Assembly (NCBI GenBank): GCA_963832165.1
Contig: CAWHTE010000011.1
Coordinates: 448,001 to 512,000 of the forward strand
Length of the DNA stretch: 64,000 nucleotides
Source: an uncultured delta proteobacterium
Lineage (GTDB): Bacteria > Myxococcota_A > UBA9160 > SMWR01
Reading direction: 5' to 3'
Position numbers and translations under genes: made by a program. The notes under the pieces were generated by a model that had not been told where the DNA came from, did no database searches, and was given only the letters and a program-made list of their open reading frames with translations. Positions within the stretch are counted from its first letter, which is position 1. Each line of letters begins with the position of its first letter. Positions 30,111 to 39,742 of this stretch are shown here, in pieces.

Positions 30111-31183
30111 CAGCGCAACTTCAGCGACGACAGGGCGACGAGGCCCAGAATCGCGGAGATGATCCAGAAGCGCACGACGATCTTCTGCTCGGCCCAGCCC
30201 TGCTTCTCGTAGTGGTGATGGATCGGCGCCATCAGGAACACGCGCTTGCCGCGCAGCTTGAACGATGCCACCTGGATGATCACCGACAGCGCTTCCACTA
30301 CGAAGATTCCGCCCACCACCGCGAGCAGGATCTCCTGGCGCACGAGCACCGCGAGCGTGCCGAGCGCCCCACCGAGCGCGAGCGAGCCGACGTCGCCCAT
30401 GAACAGCTGCGCGGGCGCTGCGTTGAACCACAGGAAGCCCATTCCGCCGCCGATCAGCGCGCCGCAGAAGATCGCGAGGTGGCCCGAGCCCGGAACGAAC
30501 TGGATCGCGAGGTACTCGGCGTACTTCGCGTGCCCGGCCACGTAGGCGAGGATCAGGAACGTCCCCGCGGCCACCATCACGGGGCCGATCGCGAGTCCGT
30601 CGAGGCCGTCGGTGAGGTTCACCGCGTTGCTCGCGGCCACGATGATGAACGTGGCCAGCGGCACGTAGAACCAGCCGAGGTGGGGCGTCACGTTCTTGAA
30701 GAACGGCACCGTGAGGCGCGCGTCGAAGTCGGGATGGGTATAGATCGCGATCGCGACGCCGAGCGCGCCCAGCGTCTGCCAGAACAGCTTTGCGCGCGCC
30801 GAGAGGCCTGCGCTCGACTTCTTGGTGACCTTCGCGTAGTCGTCGATGAAGCCGAGCACCCCGTACCAGACGGTGAGCCCGATCAGGATCCACACGCCGC
30901 GCTCGTCGAGGTTCGACCACAAGAACACCGAGACGAGCGTCGAGAGCAGGATCAACAGGCCGCCCATCGTCGGAGTGCCCGCCTTCGCCTGGTGCGCGGG
31001 ACCGACCTCGCGGATCACCTGGCCCACGCGCAGCCGCGAGAGTGCGCGGATCAGCGGCGGGCCCACCACGAACGCGATGAACATCGCCGTGAGCGTGGCC
31101 GCGGCGGTGCGGAACGTGATGTAGCGGAAGACGTTGAAGATCCCGTACTCGGAGGAGAGCGGAACGAGCAGGTGGTAGAGCAT
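30110..31183 (-). CDS. mraY: Phospho-MurNAc-pentapeptide transferase
   Basis: KAGTPTMGG, GFIDDY, NAVNLTDGLDG, FMGDVGS, MAPIHHHYE. Confidence 0.98.
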   Translation of the reverse strand: MLYHLLVPLSSEYGIFNVFRYITFRTAAATLTAMFIAFVVGPPLIRALSRLRVGQVIREVGPAHQAKAGTPTMGGLLILLSTLVSVFLWSNLDERGVWILIGLTVWYGVLGFIDDYAKVTKKSSAGLSARAKLFWQTLGALGVAIAIYTHPDFDARLTVPFFKNVTPHLGWFYVPLATFIIVAASNAVNLTDGLDGLAIGPVMVAAGTFLILAYVAGHAKYAEYLAIQFVPGSGHLAIFCGALIGGGMGFLWFNAAPAQLFMGDVGSLALGGALGTLAVLVRQEILLAVVGGIFVVEALSVIIQVASFKLRGKRVFLMAPIHHHYEKQGWAEQKIVVRFWIISAILGLVALSSLKLR

Positions 31184-32589
31184 CAGGCGTGATCTCCCGC
31201 GCCGGCTGCCTTCTGCAGGTGCGCGACGATGCGCTCCATGCGCATCGAGCGCGATCCCTTCACGAGCACGCGGTCGCCCGGGGCCAGGTCCGCGAGCACG
31301 CGCTGTGCGGTCTCCTCCCAGTCGCGCGTGGCGTGCAGTGCGCTCGCGTCCATGCCCGCCGCGCGCGCGGCGGCCACGACCTCGCCCGCGTGCGCGCCGA
31401 CCGCGAACAGCCGGTCGATGCCGAGCTGTGCAGCGAGCGCGCCCGCGTCGCGGTGCGCCTCGGCGCCGTACTCGCCGAGCTCGCCCATGTCGCCGATCAC
31501 GGCGATCCGCCGCCCGCTGCCGTCGGCGCGCGCGAGCGTGCGCAGGGCTACTTCCATCGACTGCGGGTTCGCGTTGTAGGTGTCGTCGATGAGCAGGCCG
31601 CCGCTCGGGAGCGCGATCGGCTGGAGTCGCCCCGCGACGGGCGAGTAGGAGCGCAGACCCGCGGACACGTCTGCGAGCGACACGCCCGATGCGATCGCGG
31701 CCGCCGCGGCCGCGAGCGCGTTCGGAACCGTGGTCTCGCCGAGGCCCGCTACCTCCACCTCGGTGCGGCCCGACGGCGCCGTGAGCACGAAGTGGTAGCG
31801 GCCGTCCGAGGTCGGCTTCACCTCGTCGGCGCGCACGTCGGCGAGTTCGCCGCGCCCGAAGCGCATCACGCGCGCCGCCGTGCGCGCGGCCTGCGCGAGC
31901 ACGAGCGGATCGTCGGCGTTCAGGACCGCGGTGCCGTCGGCGTCGAGCGCGGCCACCAGGTCGCCCTTCTCGAGCGCGATCGCCTCGCGGCTGCCGAGGT
32001 GCTCGATGTGGGCCGTGCCCGCGTTCGTGATCACACCCACGCGCGGCTGCGCGATCGCCGCGAGGCGCGCGATCTCTCCGCGGTGGTTCATGCCGAGCTC
32101 GACCACGACGCTCTTGTGCTCTGCTCCGCGGCGCAGGAGCGTGAGCGGCAGGCCGAACTCGTTGTTGAGATTGCCCTCGTTCTTGAGACACGGCCCCGCG
32201 ACCGCGAAGATCGCCGCGCACATCTCCTTGGTAGTGGTCTTGCCGTTGCTGCCTGTGATCGCCACGAGCGGCCCGCTGTAGCGCCGGCGGTGGCCCGCCG
32301 CGATCGCGCCGAGCGCGCTCGTCGTGTCCTCCACTGCGATCGCGCAGCCCGCCGTCTCGGGCGCCTTGCGACCCGCGCGCAGCACCACACCGGCCGCGCC
32401 CGCACGCACGGCATCCTCGAGGAAGTCGTGGCCGTCGAAGCGCGCGCCCGAGATCGCGACGAACAACGAGCCAACCGGCACGTTGCGGCTGTCGATCGAG
32501 ACTCCCGTGAAGCGCGCCTCGCGCGCGCCGCGCACGAGCTCGCCGCTGCTCCAGCGCAGCGCGTCGTCGGCGGAGAACGGCTCGCTCAT
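31183..32589 (-). CDS. murF: UDP-MurNAc-tripeptide--D-Ala-D-Ala ligase
   Basis: TGSNGKTTTK, NNEFGLP, ELGMNH, DDTYNANP, KGSRSM. Confidence 0.97.
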   Translation of the reverse strand: MSEPFSADDALRWSSGELVRGAREARFTGVSIDSRNVPVGSLFVAISGARFDGHDFLEDAVRAGAAGVVLRAGRKAPETAGCAIAVEDTTSALGAIAAGHRRRYSGPLVAITGSNGKTTTKEMCAAIFAVAGPCLKNEGNLNNEFGLPLTLLRRGAEHKSVVVELGMNHRGEIARLAAIAQPRVGVITNAGTAHIEHLGSREAIALEKGDLVAALDADGTAVLNADDPLVLAQAARTAARVMRFGRGELADVRADEVKPTSDGRYHFVLTAPSGRTEVEVAGLGETTVPNALAAAAAAIASGVSLADVSAGLRSYSPVAGRLQPIALPSGGLLIDDTYNANPQSMEVALRTLARADGSGRRIAVIGDMGELGEYGAEAHRDAGALAAQLGIDRLFAVGAHAGEVVAAARAAGMDASALHATRDWEETAQRVLADLAPGDRVLVKGSRSMRMERIVAHLQKAAGAGDHA

Positions 32590-34217
32590 CGTCCCCCCGG
32601 CCGATCTTCGCTCGAGCCCTTATGGTCTTCGCTCGCCTTCGGCTCGCTGCGCGAAACTTGCGGCTCGCTGCGCGCCGCACGGCTGGCATTGCGTGCGCGC
32701 AGCGCCCGCACTGCCTCGGAGCGGTCGGAGAACGGCAGACGCTCGCGTCCGAGGATCTGATAGTCCTCGTGGCCCTTGCCGGCGATCGCGACCGTGTCGT
32801 CGGGTCCCGCGATCGCGATGGCCGCGGCGATCGCGGCGCGCCGATCGGGGATCCGCGCGTAGCTGCGATCAGCGTCGAGCGCGGAGGCATCCACGCGCGT
32901 GAGCCCCACGAGGCCGCGCTCGACGTCGTCGAGGATCCGCTCGGGATCCTCCGTGCGCGGATTGTCGCTCGTGAGCACGACGCGGTCGGCATGGCGCGCC
33001 ACCGCCTCGGCCATGCGCGGGCGCTTCCCGCGGTCGCGGTCGCCGCCGCAGCCGAATACGGCGATCAGGCGCCCGCGGCACAGCGGCCGCAGCGTCGCGA
33101 GCAGCTTCTCGACCGCATCCGGCGTGTGGGCGTAGTCGACGATCACGCGCGGTCCGTCGGCGCCGCTCACCCGCTCGATGCGGCCCGGAACCTGGCGGCA
33201 CGAAGCCACGCCCGCGGCGATCTGCGCCGGGCTGACTCCGAGTGCGACGCCGATCCCGACCGCGACGAGCAGGTTCTCGAGGTTGAAGTCGCCCAGCAGC
33301 GGAAGCGAGAGTGCGATCTCGGCACCCGGCAGCGCGAGCGCAGCGCGCGTGCCATCCTCGCCGAGCTCGGCCGAGAGCAGCCGCACTTCGGCATCGCCGT
33401 GCGCGTCGCGCGAGACGCGGATCGCGCGCGCGCCGGCCGCGCGCGCCGCGTCCACGAACCAACTTCCGCTCGGATCGTCGACGTTCACCACGGCCGCTCC
33501 CTCGGGAGCGAGATGGTTCTTCATCAGCAAGAGCTTCGCTTCCCGGTAGCGGTCCATGTCGCCGTGGAAGTCGAGGTGGTCCTGGGTGAGGTTCGTGAAC
33601 GCGGCCACCGCGAAGCGGCAGCCCTCGACGCGGCCGAGATCGAGCCCGTGCGACGACACCTCCATCACGGCGGTGTCGATTCCCTGCGTGCGCATGTTTC
33701 GCAGCGTGCTCTGCAGGTCGAGGCTCTCGGGTGTCGTGTTGCGCGGGCGCTCGCGCACGTCGCGGTAGCGGACCTCGACGGTGCCGATCAGCCCGACCGA
33801 GCGCCCCGCGCTCGCGAGGATCGACTCGGCGAGATAGGTCGTGCTCGTCTTGCCGTTGGTGCCCGTGACGCCGACGAGCGCGAGCTCGCGGCTCGGATAC
33901 CCGAAGAAGCGCGCTGCGATCGGCGCGAGCGCGCGGCGCGAATCGGGCACGACGACGCCGCACGCGGTGCCGAGCACAATCGCGTCGGGCAGCTCTTCGA
34001 CGATCAGCGCCGCCGCTCCGAGATCGAGCGCCGAGCGCAGATAGGCGTGTCCGTCGGTGTCGGCGCCGCGCAGCGCGAAGAACGCGTCGCCGGGTGCGAC
34101 CGCCCGCGAGTCGTACACGAGTCCGCGGATCACTGGATCGCCGCCCGCCGATCCCGCTACGCGCTGCGTCGGCGCGTTGTGCGCGGGCAGTGCGTCGAGC
34201 AACGCCGCCAGACGCAT
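32586..34217 (-). CDS. murE: UDP-MurNAc-dipeptide--meso-DAP ligase
   Basis: GTNGKTS, TTP, MEVSSH, DHLDFH, VDYAHTP, DNPR (DAP-specific), AGKGHE; C-terminal extension derived from a repeat. Confidence 0.97.
   Translation of the reverse strand: MRLAALLDALPAHNAPTQRVAGSAGGDPVIRGLVYDSRAVAPGDAFFALRGADTDGHAYLRSALDLGAAALIVEELPDAIVLGTACGVVVPDSRRALAPIAARFFGYPSRELALVGVTGTNGKTSTTYLAESILASAGRSVGLIGTVEVRYRDVRERPRNTTPESLDLQSTLRNMRTQGIDTAVMEVSSHGLDLGRVEGCRFAVAAFTNLTQDHLDFHGDMDRYREAKLLLMKNHLAPEGAAVVNVDDPSGSWFVDAARAAGARAIRVSRDAHGDAEVRLLSAELGEDGTRAALALPGAEIALSLPLLGDFNLENLLVAVGIGVALGVSPAQIAAGVASCRQVPGRIERVSGADGPRVIVDYAHTPDAVEKLLATLRPLCRGRLIAVFGCGGDRDRGKRPRMAEAVARHADRVVLTSDNPRTEDPERILDDVERGLVGLTRVDASALDADRSYARIPDRRAAIAAAIAIAGPDDTVAIAGKGHEDYQILGRERLPFSDRSEAVRALRARNASRAARSEPQVSRSEPKASEDHKGSSEDRPGGR
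32606..32674 (-). repeat. REP-like repeat (one full and two partial copies) within the 3' end of murE
   Basis: Minus strand CGCGCAGCGAGCCGCAA..CGCGCAGCGAGCCGAAGGCGAGCGAAG..CGAGCGAAG, translated as ARSEPQVSRSEPKASED..SSED. Confidence 0.6.
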
Positions 34218-36304
34218 CAGCGACCTCCGCGCGCCGACGCGACTGCGGCGGGCGCCGCAGCGCTCCGCTGCGCCGCGGGGCGGAAGTGGATCCGCACGAT
34301 CTCGTTTCCCGACGCCACCACGCTGCCCGGCGGCGGTTCCTGGCGCACGGCGAGTCCGTCGCCGTGCAGTTCGGCGCGCAGTCCGTTCTTCGCGGTGACC
34401 TGGCTCACCTCGCTCTTCGAGAGCCCGGAGAAGTCGGGCAGCAGCACGCGATCGCGGAATGCGGAGACCGCCACCGTCGGAGGCGCGGGCTTGGGCTCGG
34501 TGCGCGGTGCGCGCACGTCGGCGCTCGGCGCGCGCGCGGGCAGGGCGGGTCCCGCGCTCGACACGGGCGGCAGCTCGGGCGTGGGCGACTTCGCGCGCGC
34601 GATCTGCGTGTCGCTGCGGCGCAGGAAGATCCCGCGGTGAGCGAGCTGGCCCGGTGCGACCTGCGCGAACAGCGGCGCAGCGGACGCGCCGCCGGTGTGG
34701 AGCGGGTACTTCGGTTCGTCGAGCTCGGACACGATCACGATGCGCGGGTCGTCGGCAGGAGCCATGCCGATGAACCAGGCGCGGAAGCGAGTCTGCGAGT
34801 AGGTGCCGCTCGCCGCATCCCACTTCTGCGCGGTGCCGGTCTTGCCCGCGACGCGCACGCCCGGCAGCGCAGCCGCGCGCGCGGTGCCCTCGTTCGTGAC
34901 GACCGTCTCGAGCATGCTGCGCAGCGCCTTCGCGGTCTCCTCGGAGATCACGCGGTGCACCACTTCGCTGCGCGTGGGCTGCCACGCTCCGTTCGGCGCG
35001 CGGCGCGCCGCGATGAGACGCGGCCGCACGAGCAGTCCGCCGTTGGCGATCGCGGACGCCGCGCTCGCAAGCTGCACCGGCGTCACGCTGATCCCCTGTC
35101 CGAACGAGATCGTGGCGTGGTCCACGGGCTTCCACTCGCGCCAGCCGCGCAGGAGGCCCGACGATTCGTCGGGGAACAGGCTGCGCGTCGAGATCCCGAA
35201 GCCGAACGCGCGCAGCATTTCGAAGTGCGCGCGCGGCCCGAGCGCATAGCCGATCTTCACCGCGCCGATGTTGCTCGACAGGCGCAGCACTCCGGCCGGG
35301 TCGAGCGGGCCGAAATCGCGCTTGTCGGTGATCGTCTTGCCCGGAACGCGCATCCGGCCGCCTTCGGTGTCGATGACGTCGCTGCGCGAGATCGCGCCGC
35401 GGTCGAGCGCACCCGCGACCAGGAACGCCTTCATCGAGGAGCCGGGTTCCATCGCGTCGAGGAACGCGCTCGATCGCGTCGCCGCATAGGGAGTGCGGCG
35501 GAAGCGGTTCGGGTCGAAACCCGGAAGCTCCGCGGCGGAGAGCAGCTCGCCCGTGTGGGGGTCCATCGCGATCACGAGGCCGCCGCGCGCGCCCGTGCGT
35601 TCGACGGCGGCCGCGAGCGCGCGCTCGGCGTCGGCCTGGAGCGTAGCGTCCAGCGTGAGCGCGACGTCGCCGCCCGCGGTCCCCCAGGTGGTCTTGGAGT
35701 CCTGGAGCAGGAAGCGGCCCGACCCGTCGCGCTCGACGCGCAGCCGGCGCGTGGTACCGCGCAGCCACGCGTTCTCCTGCTGCTCGATGCCGCGCGCGCC
35801 GTTGCCGTCGATGTTGGCGAAGCCGACCACGCGCGCGGCGAGCTCGCGATACGGGTAGATCCGGCGCGGCTCGGTGACGAGACCCACTCCCGCGAGCTTC
35901 GCGGCGGCGATCTTCTCGCTCTGCTCGGGTGTGATCCAGCGGCGCACGAACGAGAAGCCCTTGCGGCGGCGGAACGTGTTCGTGAGCTCGCGTCGATCCG
36001 CGCCCAGGATCGCACCGAGCGTGCGCGCCGCGGTTGCCGGATCGCGCACCTCGCGGCCCACCGCGTACACCGACGGCGCCTCGACCGTGAGCGCGAGACT
36101 CGTGCCGTTGCGATCGACGATGCTGCCGCGGTCGGGCAAGAGCGTCATCATGCGTTCGGTCTGGTCGTCGCCGCGCTGCGCGCCGCGTTCGTCGAACACC
36201 GATAGATGTGCCGCGCGCGCTGCGAGCACTGCGAACATGCCGAGGAGCGCTGCGCGCGCGATGGCCACGCGCCGGGCGCTCGTCCGCACGTCCGCAGATC
36301 TCAT
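34217..36304 (-). CDS. ftsI: Septal transpeptidase FtsI/PBP3 with C-terminal PASTA domain
   Basis: RGSIVDRNG, RIYP, EPGSSMK, SSN, KTGTAQK; PASTA LPDFSGLS..QEPPPG. Confidence 0.96.
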   Translation of the reverse strand: MRSADVRTSARRVAIARAALLGMFAVLAARAAHLSVFDERGAQRGDDQTERMMTLLPDRGSIVDRNGTSLALTVEAPSVYAVGREVRDPATAARTLGAILGADRRELTNTFRRRKGFSFVRRWITPEQSEKIAAAKLAGVGLVTEPRRIYPYRELAARVVGFANIDGNGARGIEQQENAWLRGTTRRLRVERDGSGRFLLQDSKTTWGTAGGDVALTLDATLQADAERALAAAVERTGARGGLVIAMDPHTGELLSAAELPGFDPNRFRRTPYAATRSSAFLDAMEPGSSMKAFLVAGALDRGAISRSDVIDTEGGRMRVPGKTITDKRDFGPLDPAGVLRLSSNIGAVKIGYALGPRAHFEMLRAFGFGISTRSLFPDESSGLLRGWREWKPVDHATISFGQGISVTPVQLASAASAIANGGLLVRPRLIAARRAPNGAWQPTRSEVVHRVISEETAKALRSMLETVVTNEGTARAAALPGVRVAGKTGTAQKWDAASGTYSQTRFRAWFIGMAPADDPRIVIVSELDEPKYPLHTGGASAAPLFAQVAPGQLAHRGIFLRRSDTQIARAKSPTPELPPVSSAGPALPARAPSADVRAPRTEPKPAPPTVAVSAFRDRVLLPDFSGLSKSEVSQVTAKNGLRAELHGDGLAVRQEPPPGSVVASGNEIVRIHFRPAAQRSAAAPAAVASARGGR

Positions 36305-36654
36305 CGCGTAGCTACGGCGCCCGCGCGAGTGCGCAGATCGATCACGTGTTCCGGGGGCGCGAAGCCGCGCTTCTGCGCGAGCTCGACGAGGCGCGACGGA
36401 TTGCGCCGCGCCTCGAGCGTGGCGGTCTGCTGCCGCTGCTGCTGCACGAGCGCCTTCTCCTCGCGGATCGCCTCGCCGAGCGCATAGCGCACGCGCAGGA
36501 TGTCGATGCGCAGCGCCGCGAGCGCGAGCGCGCACGCGAAGCCGACCCCGACCAGCCAGGCGATCCGACGCGTGGAGAGGCGGCCCGTCGCGCGTACGCG
36601 CGCGAAGTCGCGGCCGACCAGGTCCCCCGTTGCACGCCGCACCGTTGCACTCAT
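36301..36654 (-). CDS. ftsL: Cell division protein FtsL
   Basis: Small TM plus coiled coil ending NPSRLVELAQKRGFAPP; between rsmH and ftsI with overlapping start/stop codons. Confidence 0.85.
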   Translation of the reverse strand: MSATVRRATGDLVGRDFARVRATGRLSTRRIAWLVGVGFACALALAALRIDILRVRYALGEAIREEKALVQQQRQQTATLEARRNPSRLVELAQKRGFAPPEHVIDLRTRAGAVATR

Positions 36655-37616
36655 GCCGCCTCCGCCTCCGCCACCCGCTCCGCGGCCCGCAGCCGGGCAG
36701 AACGCGCGCGGGGGTTTCGAGAGATCTCGATCGCACCCGGCGAAACCGGGCGGCGCGTGAGCACGCGCAGCCGCACGGGCTTGCCGCACACGCAGACGGG
36801 GACGTGCGGCGGGCAGGTGCAGCCGCGCGCCGCGTCGCGCAGGCCGTTCTTCACGATCCGATCCTCGGCCGAGTGATAGGCGATCACCACGAGCCGCCCG
36901 CCCGGGCGCAGCGCGTCGATCGCGGCGTCGAGGCCGTCGGCGAGCGCGCCGAGCTCGTCGTTCGTGGCGATCCGCAGCGCCTGGAACACGAGCGTCGCGG
37001 GGTTGTGGCTCCGTCCGCCGCCGACGCGCGCTTCGTGGATCACGCGCACGAGATCGGCCGCGGTGCGCAGCGGTGCGCGCTCGCGTGCGGCGACCAGCGC
37101 GCGCGCGAGCCGGCGCGCGCCGCGCAGGTCGGCGTAGCGGCGCAGCCAGTCCTCGAGCTGCTCGGCATTCGCGCGATGCAAGAGCTCCGCGGCATCGGGT
37201 CCCGCGCCCGCATCCATGCGCATGTCGAGCGGGGTCTCGTGCGCCGTGTCGGTGCCGAAGCGGAATCCGCGCGCGGGCGTATCGAGCTGGTGCGACGAGA
37301 CGCCGAGGTCGAGCAGCACGCCGTCGACGCGGCCATCGCCCTGCTCGGCGAGCACCGCGCGCAGGTCGCGAAACGACGCGTGCACGAGCCGCACGCGATC
37401 GCCGTAGCGGGCCAGCCGCTGCGCTGCGACCGCGAGCGCGTCGCGGTCGCGATCGAGTCCGATCAGCCGCCCGTCGGGCGCGCTGCGCTCGAGGATCGCC
37501 TCGGCGTGTCCGGCGCCGCCGACGGTGCCGTCGACGACGAGCGAGCAGGGCTGCAACGCGAGCCAGTCCAGGCTCTCTTCGAGCAGCACGGGCGCGTGTG
37601 CGAACTCAATGGCCAC
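36651..37616 (-). CDS. rsmH: 16S rRNA C1402 N4-methyltransferase
   Basis: HAPVLL, DGTVGGAGH, DLGVSSHQLD, PLDMRM, FQALRIATNDEL, NPRARSARLR. Confidence 0.98.
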   Translation of the reverse strand: MAIEFAHAPVLLEESLDWLALQPCSLVVDGTVGGAGHAEAILERSAPDGRLIGLDRDRDALAVAAQRLARYGDRVRLVHASFRDLRAVLAEQGDGRVDGVLLDLGVSSHQLDTPARGFRFGTDTAHETPLDMRMDAGAGPDAAELLHRANAEQLEDWLRRYADLRGARRLARALVAARERAPLRTAADLVRVIHEARVGGGRSHNPATLVFQALRIATNDELGALADGLDAAIDALRPGGRLVVIAYHSAEDRIVKNGLRDAARGCTCPPHVPVCVCGKPVRLRVLTRRPVSPGAIEISRNPRARSARLRAAERVAEAEAA

Positions 37617-37654
37617 AAAGGGGCTCCCAACCCATGCCCCAAGAGAAGGAGCCG

Positions 37655-37830
37655 CAGCTCCCCGCCCGTCCGAGCGGCTCGCTTCGCGACCCCGCGCAGG
37701 GCCGAATTCGGCCCGCCGGTCGCAGGGCGGGAGCTGGGGTGCCTCGGAGCACCTATCTCCTTGAAAACCGGGCTGTCCCCCCCATTGACTGACCCGATTT
37801 CTTCAGGAGCGGTGCTCCGAGAACACCCCC
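37655..37830 (-). ncRNA. Candidate structured RNA in the mraZ-rsmH spacer (two large adjacent hairpins)
   Basis: 37737-37753 pairs with 37811-37829, with further inner helices. 37655-37667 pairs with 37725-37736, enclosing the perfect palindrome GGGCCGAATTCGGCCC. Confidence 0.45.
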
Positions 37831-37889
37831 AACCTCTCATTGTCCGGAGACGGACTTGCCTCCCCCGGACCCCCCCCGCTTGTAACTCC

Positions 37890-38333
37890 TCAGTTGCCCA
37901 GCTTCGCCGCGAGGGACATCGCCATCTCCTCGAAGCGGGCCTGGGTCTGGATCAAATTCGCTTCGAACCGCGCCGAGTTCCAGAGTTCGATCTTGGGCCC
38001 GACGCCGGCTACGGTCACGTCTCGCTCGAGTCCCGCGTACTCCCGGAGGTGCTGCGGGACGAGGATCCGGCCCTGCTTGTCGACCGGACATTCGACCGCG
38101 CCCGAAACCATCATTCGCGCGAGGGCCTGGGCCTGCGGGTCGATCGTCGCGATGCCCACGATCCGCTCCTCGAACAGCTGCCAGTCGTCGTACGGGTGCA
38201 GCTCGAGGCACTGGTGGGCGTTGGTGAGGATCGGCGGGTGATCGCTGCGCCGCTGGAGTTCCGATCGGAAGCCGGCCGGAAGACTCATGCGGTTCTTGCT
38301 GTCGATCGTATGCACGAAGCGGCCTCTGAACAT
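37890..38333 (-). CDS. mraZ: Division/cell-wall cluster regulator MraZ
   Basis: MFRGRFVHTIDSKNRMSLP and VDKQGRILVP..LREYAGL..IELWN. Confidence 0.97.
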   Translation of the reverse strand: MFRGRFVHTIDSKNRMSLPAGFRSELQRRSDHPPILTNAHQCLELHPYDDWQLFEERIVGIATIDPQAQALARMMVSGAVECPVDKQGRILVPQHLREYAGLERDVTVAGVGPKIELWNSARFEANLIQTQARFEEMAMSLAAKLGN

Positions 38334-38394
38334 CTGCGTTTCAGTGCGCGGGAGCCGTCCTCTGGCCGACTGGGTCACCGGGGCTGGATCGGAA

Positions 38395-38450
38395 CCACCG
38401 GTTTACCACTTAACCCCACCCGACGGCGCATTTTTACCACCGGATACCAC
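38395..38450 (-). promoter_or_regulatory. MraZ-binding GTGG direct repeats
   Basis: Five GTGG boxes on the minus strand (plus-strand CCAC at 38395, 38406, 38416, 38437, 38447), spaced 11/10/21/10 nt, upstream of mraZ. Confidence 0.8.
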
Positions 38451-38623
38451 CGGCCGCAACAACTTTTTTTCGTGCCCTCGCATATTTCCTGCCGGAGTTG
38501 CGAGTCGACTACAAGATCTCGTGCTGTGGAATCGGGTCTCCCACAAGATGCTGCGGGTCCAGAAATAGTGATCCAGCTCACGTGACCGGGATCACCAGCG
38601 GCCCACGTGGGCCGCGACCCCAC

Positions 38624-39679
38624 TCAGCGCGCGCCGATTCCCGGGATCTGCGACCCGTGGACCGCGGCCGCACGCGCGACCAGGCCCTCGAGCACGCTGC
38701 CGGGCGCGAGGTCGGGCCCGGTGGGCCACGCGGGCGCGTCCGCGAGCAGTCCCGCGACTAGCGCTTGGACGCCCTCGCGCAGACCGCGCAGCGAATAACC
38801 TCCCTCGAGCACGAATAACATCCGGCCGCCCGACAGTTCGTCGGCGAGCGTGCGCACGATCGCGGTGAGCGCCGCATAACCCGATTGGGTGACGCGCATT
38901 GCGGCGAGCGGATCGTCCTCGTGCGCGTCGAAGCCGCACGAGATGATCCAGTAGTCGGGTCGGAACGCGCGCGCCGCAGGCGCGAGGATGCGCTCGAACA
39001 CGCCGATGTATTCGGCGTCGCCGCAGCCTGCAGGCATCGGGACGTTCAGCGTCGCGCCCTCGCCGCGCCCCGTGCCGATCTCGCGCGCGGCGCCGGTGCC
39101 GGGATAGAACGGGTACTGGTGCGTCGAGACGTAGAGCACCGACGGATCCGACTCGAACGTGTGCTGCGTTCCGTTGCCGTGGTGCACGTCCCAGTCGAGC
39201 AACAGCACGCGCTCGACGCCCGCCTCGCGCTGCACGGCGCGCGCCGCGATCGCCGCGTTGTTGAACAGACAGAATCCCATCGCGCGATCGCCCTCGGCGT
39301 GGTGCCCGGGCGGTCGCACCGCAGCGAAGCCCGCGCGCGCCGCACCGCTCGCAACGCGCAGCGCGAGATCGGTGCAGCCGCCGGCCGCGAGCAGCGCCAC
39401 GTCGTAGCTCGCGGCCGACACGAACGTGTCCGGGTCGAGCTGCGCCGTACCCGCGGCCGCGGCGCGTCGCACGAGCTCGACGTGTGCGCGTTCGTGCACG
39501 GCGTAGAGCTCGTCGGGCGAGGCTTCGCGCGGCGCGCGTCGCGCGAGCGCACCCCCGAAGCCGTCGAGCGCCTCTGCCACGGCCCGCAGCCGCTCCGGGC
39601 GCTCGGGGTGACCGGCCGGCCCCGCGTGCTCCGCGTAGCGCGGATCCGTGATCACCTCGACGCCGCGCTGGGCATCCAT
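38624..39679 (-). CDS. Histone-deacetylase-family (Zn-dependent) deacetylase
   Basis: HPERPER, RPPGHHA, GFC, DWDVHHGNGTQ, GFDAH, LEGGY. Confidence 0.96.
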   Translation of the reverse strand: MDAQRGVEVITDPRYAEHAGPAGHPERPERLRAVAEALDGFGGALARRAPREASPDELYAVHERAHVELVRRAAAAGTAQLDPDTFVSAASYDVALLAAGGCTDLALRVASGAARAGFAAVRPPGHHAEGDRAMGFCLFNNAAIAARAVQREAGVERVLLLDWDVHHGNGTQHTFESDPSVLYVSTHQYPFYPGTGAAREIGTGRGEGATLNVPMPAGCGDAEYIGVFERILAPAARAFRPDYWIISCGFDAHEDDPLAAMRVTQSGYAALTAIVRTLADELSGGRMLFVLEGGYSLRGLREGVQALVAGLLADAPAWPTGPDLAPGSVLEGLVARAAAVHGSQIPGIGAR

Positions 39680-39742
39680 CGCTTCGCATGGTATCCCCGT
39701 GCCGCAAGTCGCGCGAAGCGCGCGGGGAGGAGGGCACCGTCG

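Noticed and set aside
38598..38615. Perfect 18-bp palindrome after the HDAC stop
   Set aside because: No U-tract and no second copy seen; probably a simple 3' hairpin, function not assignable.
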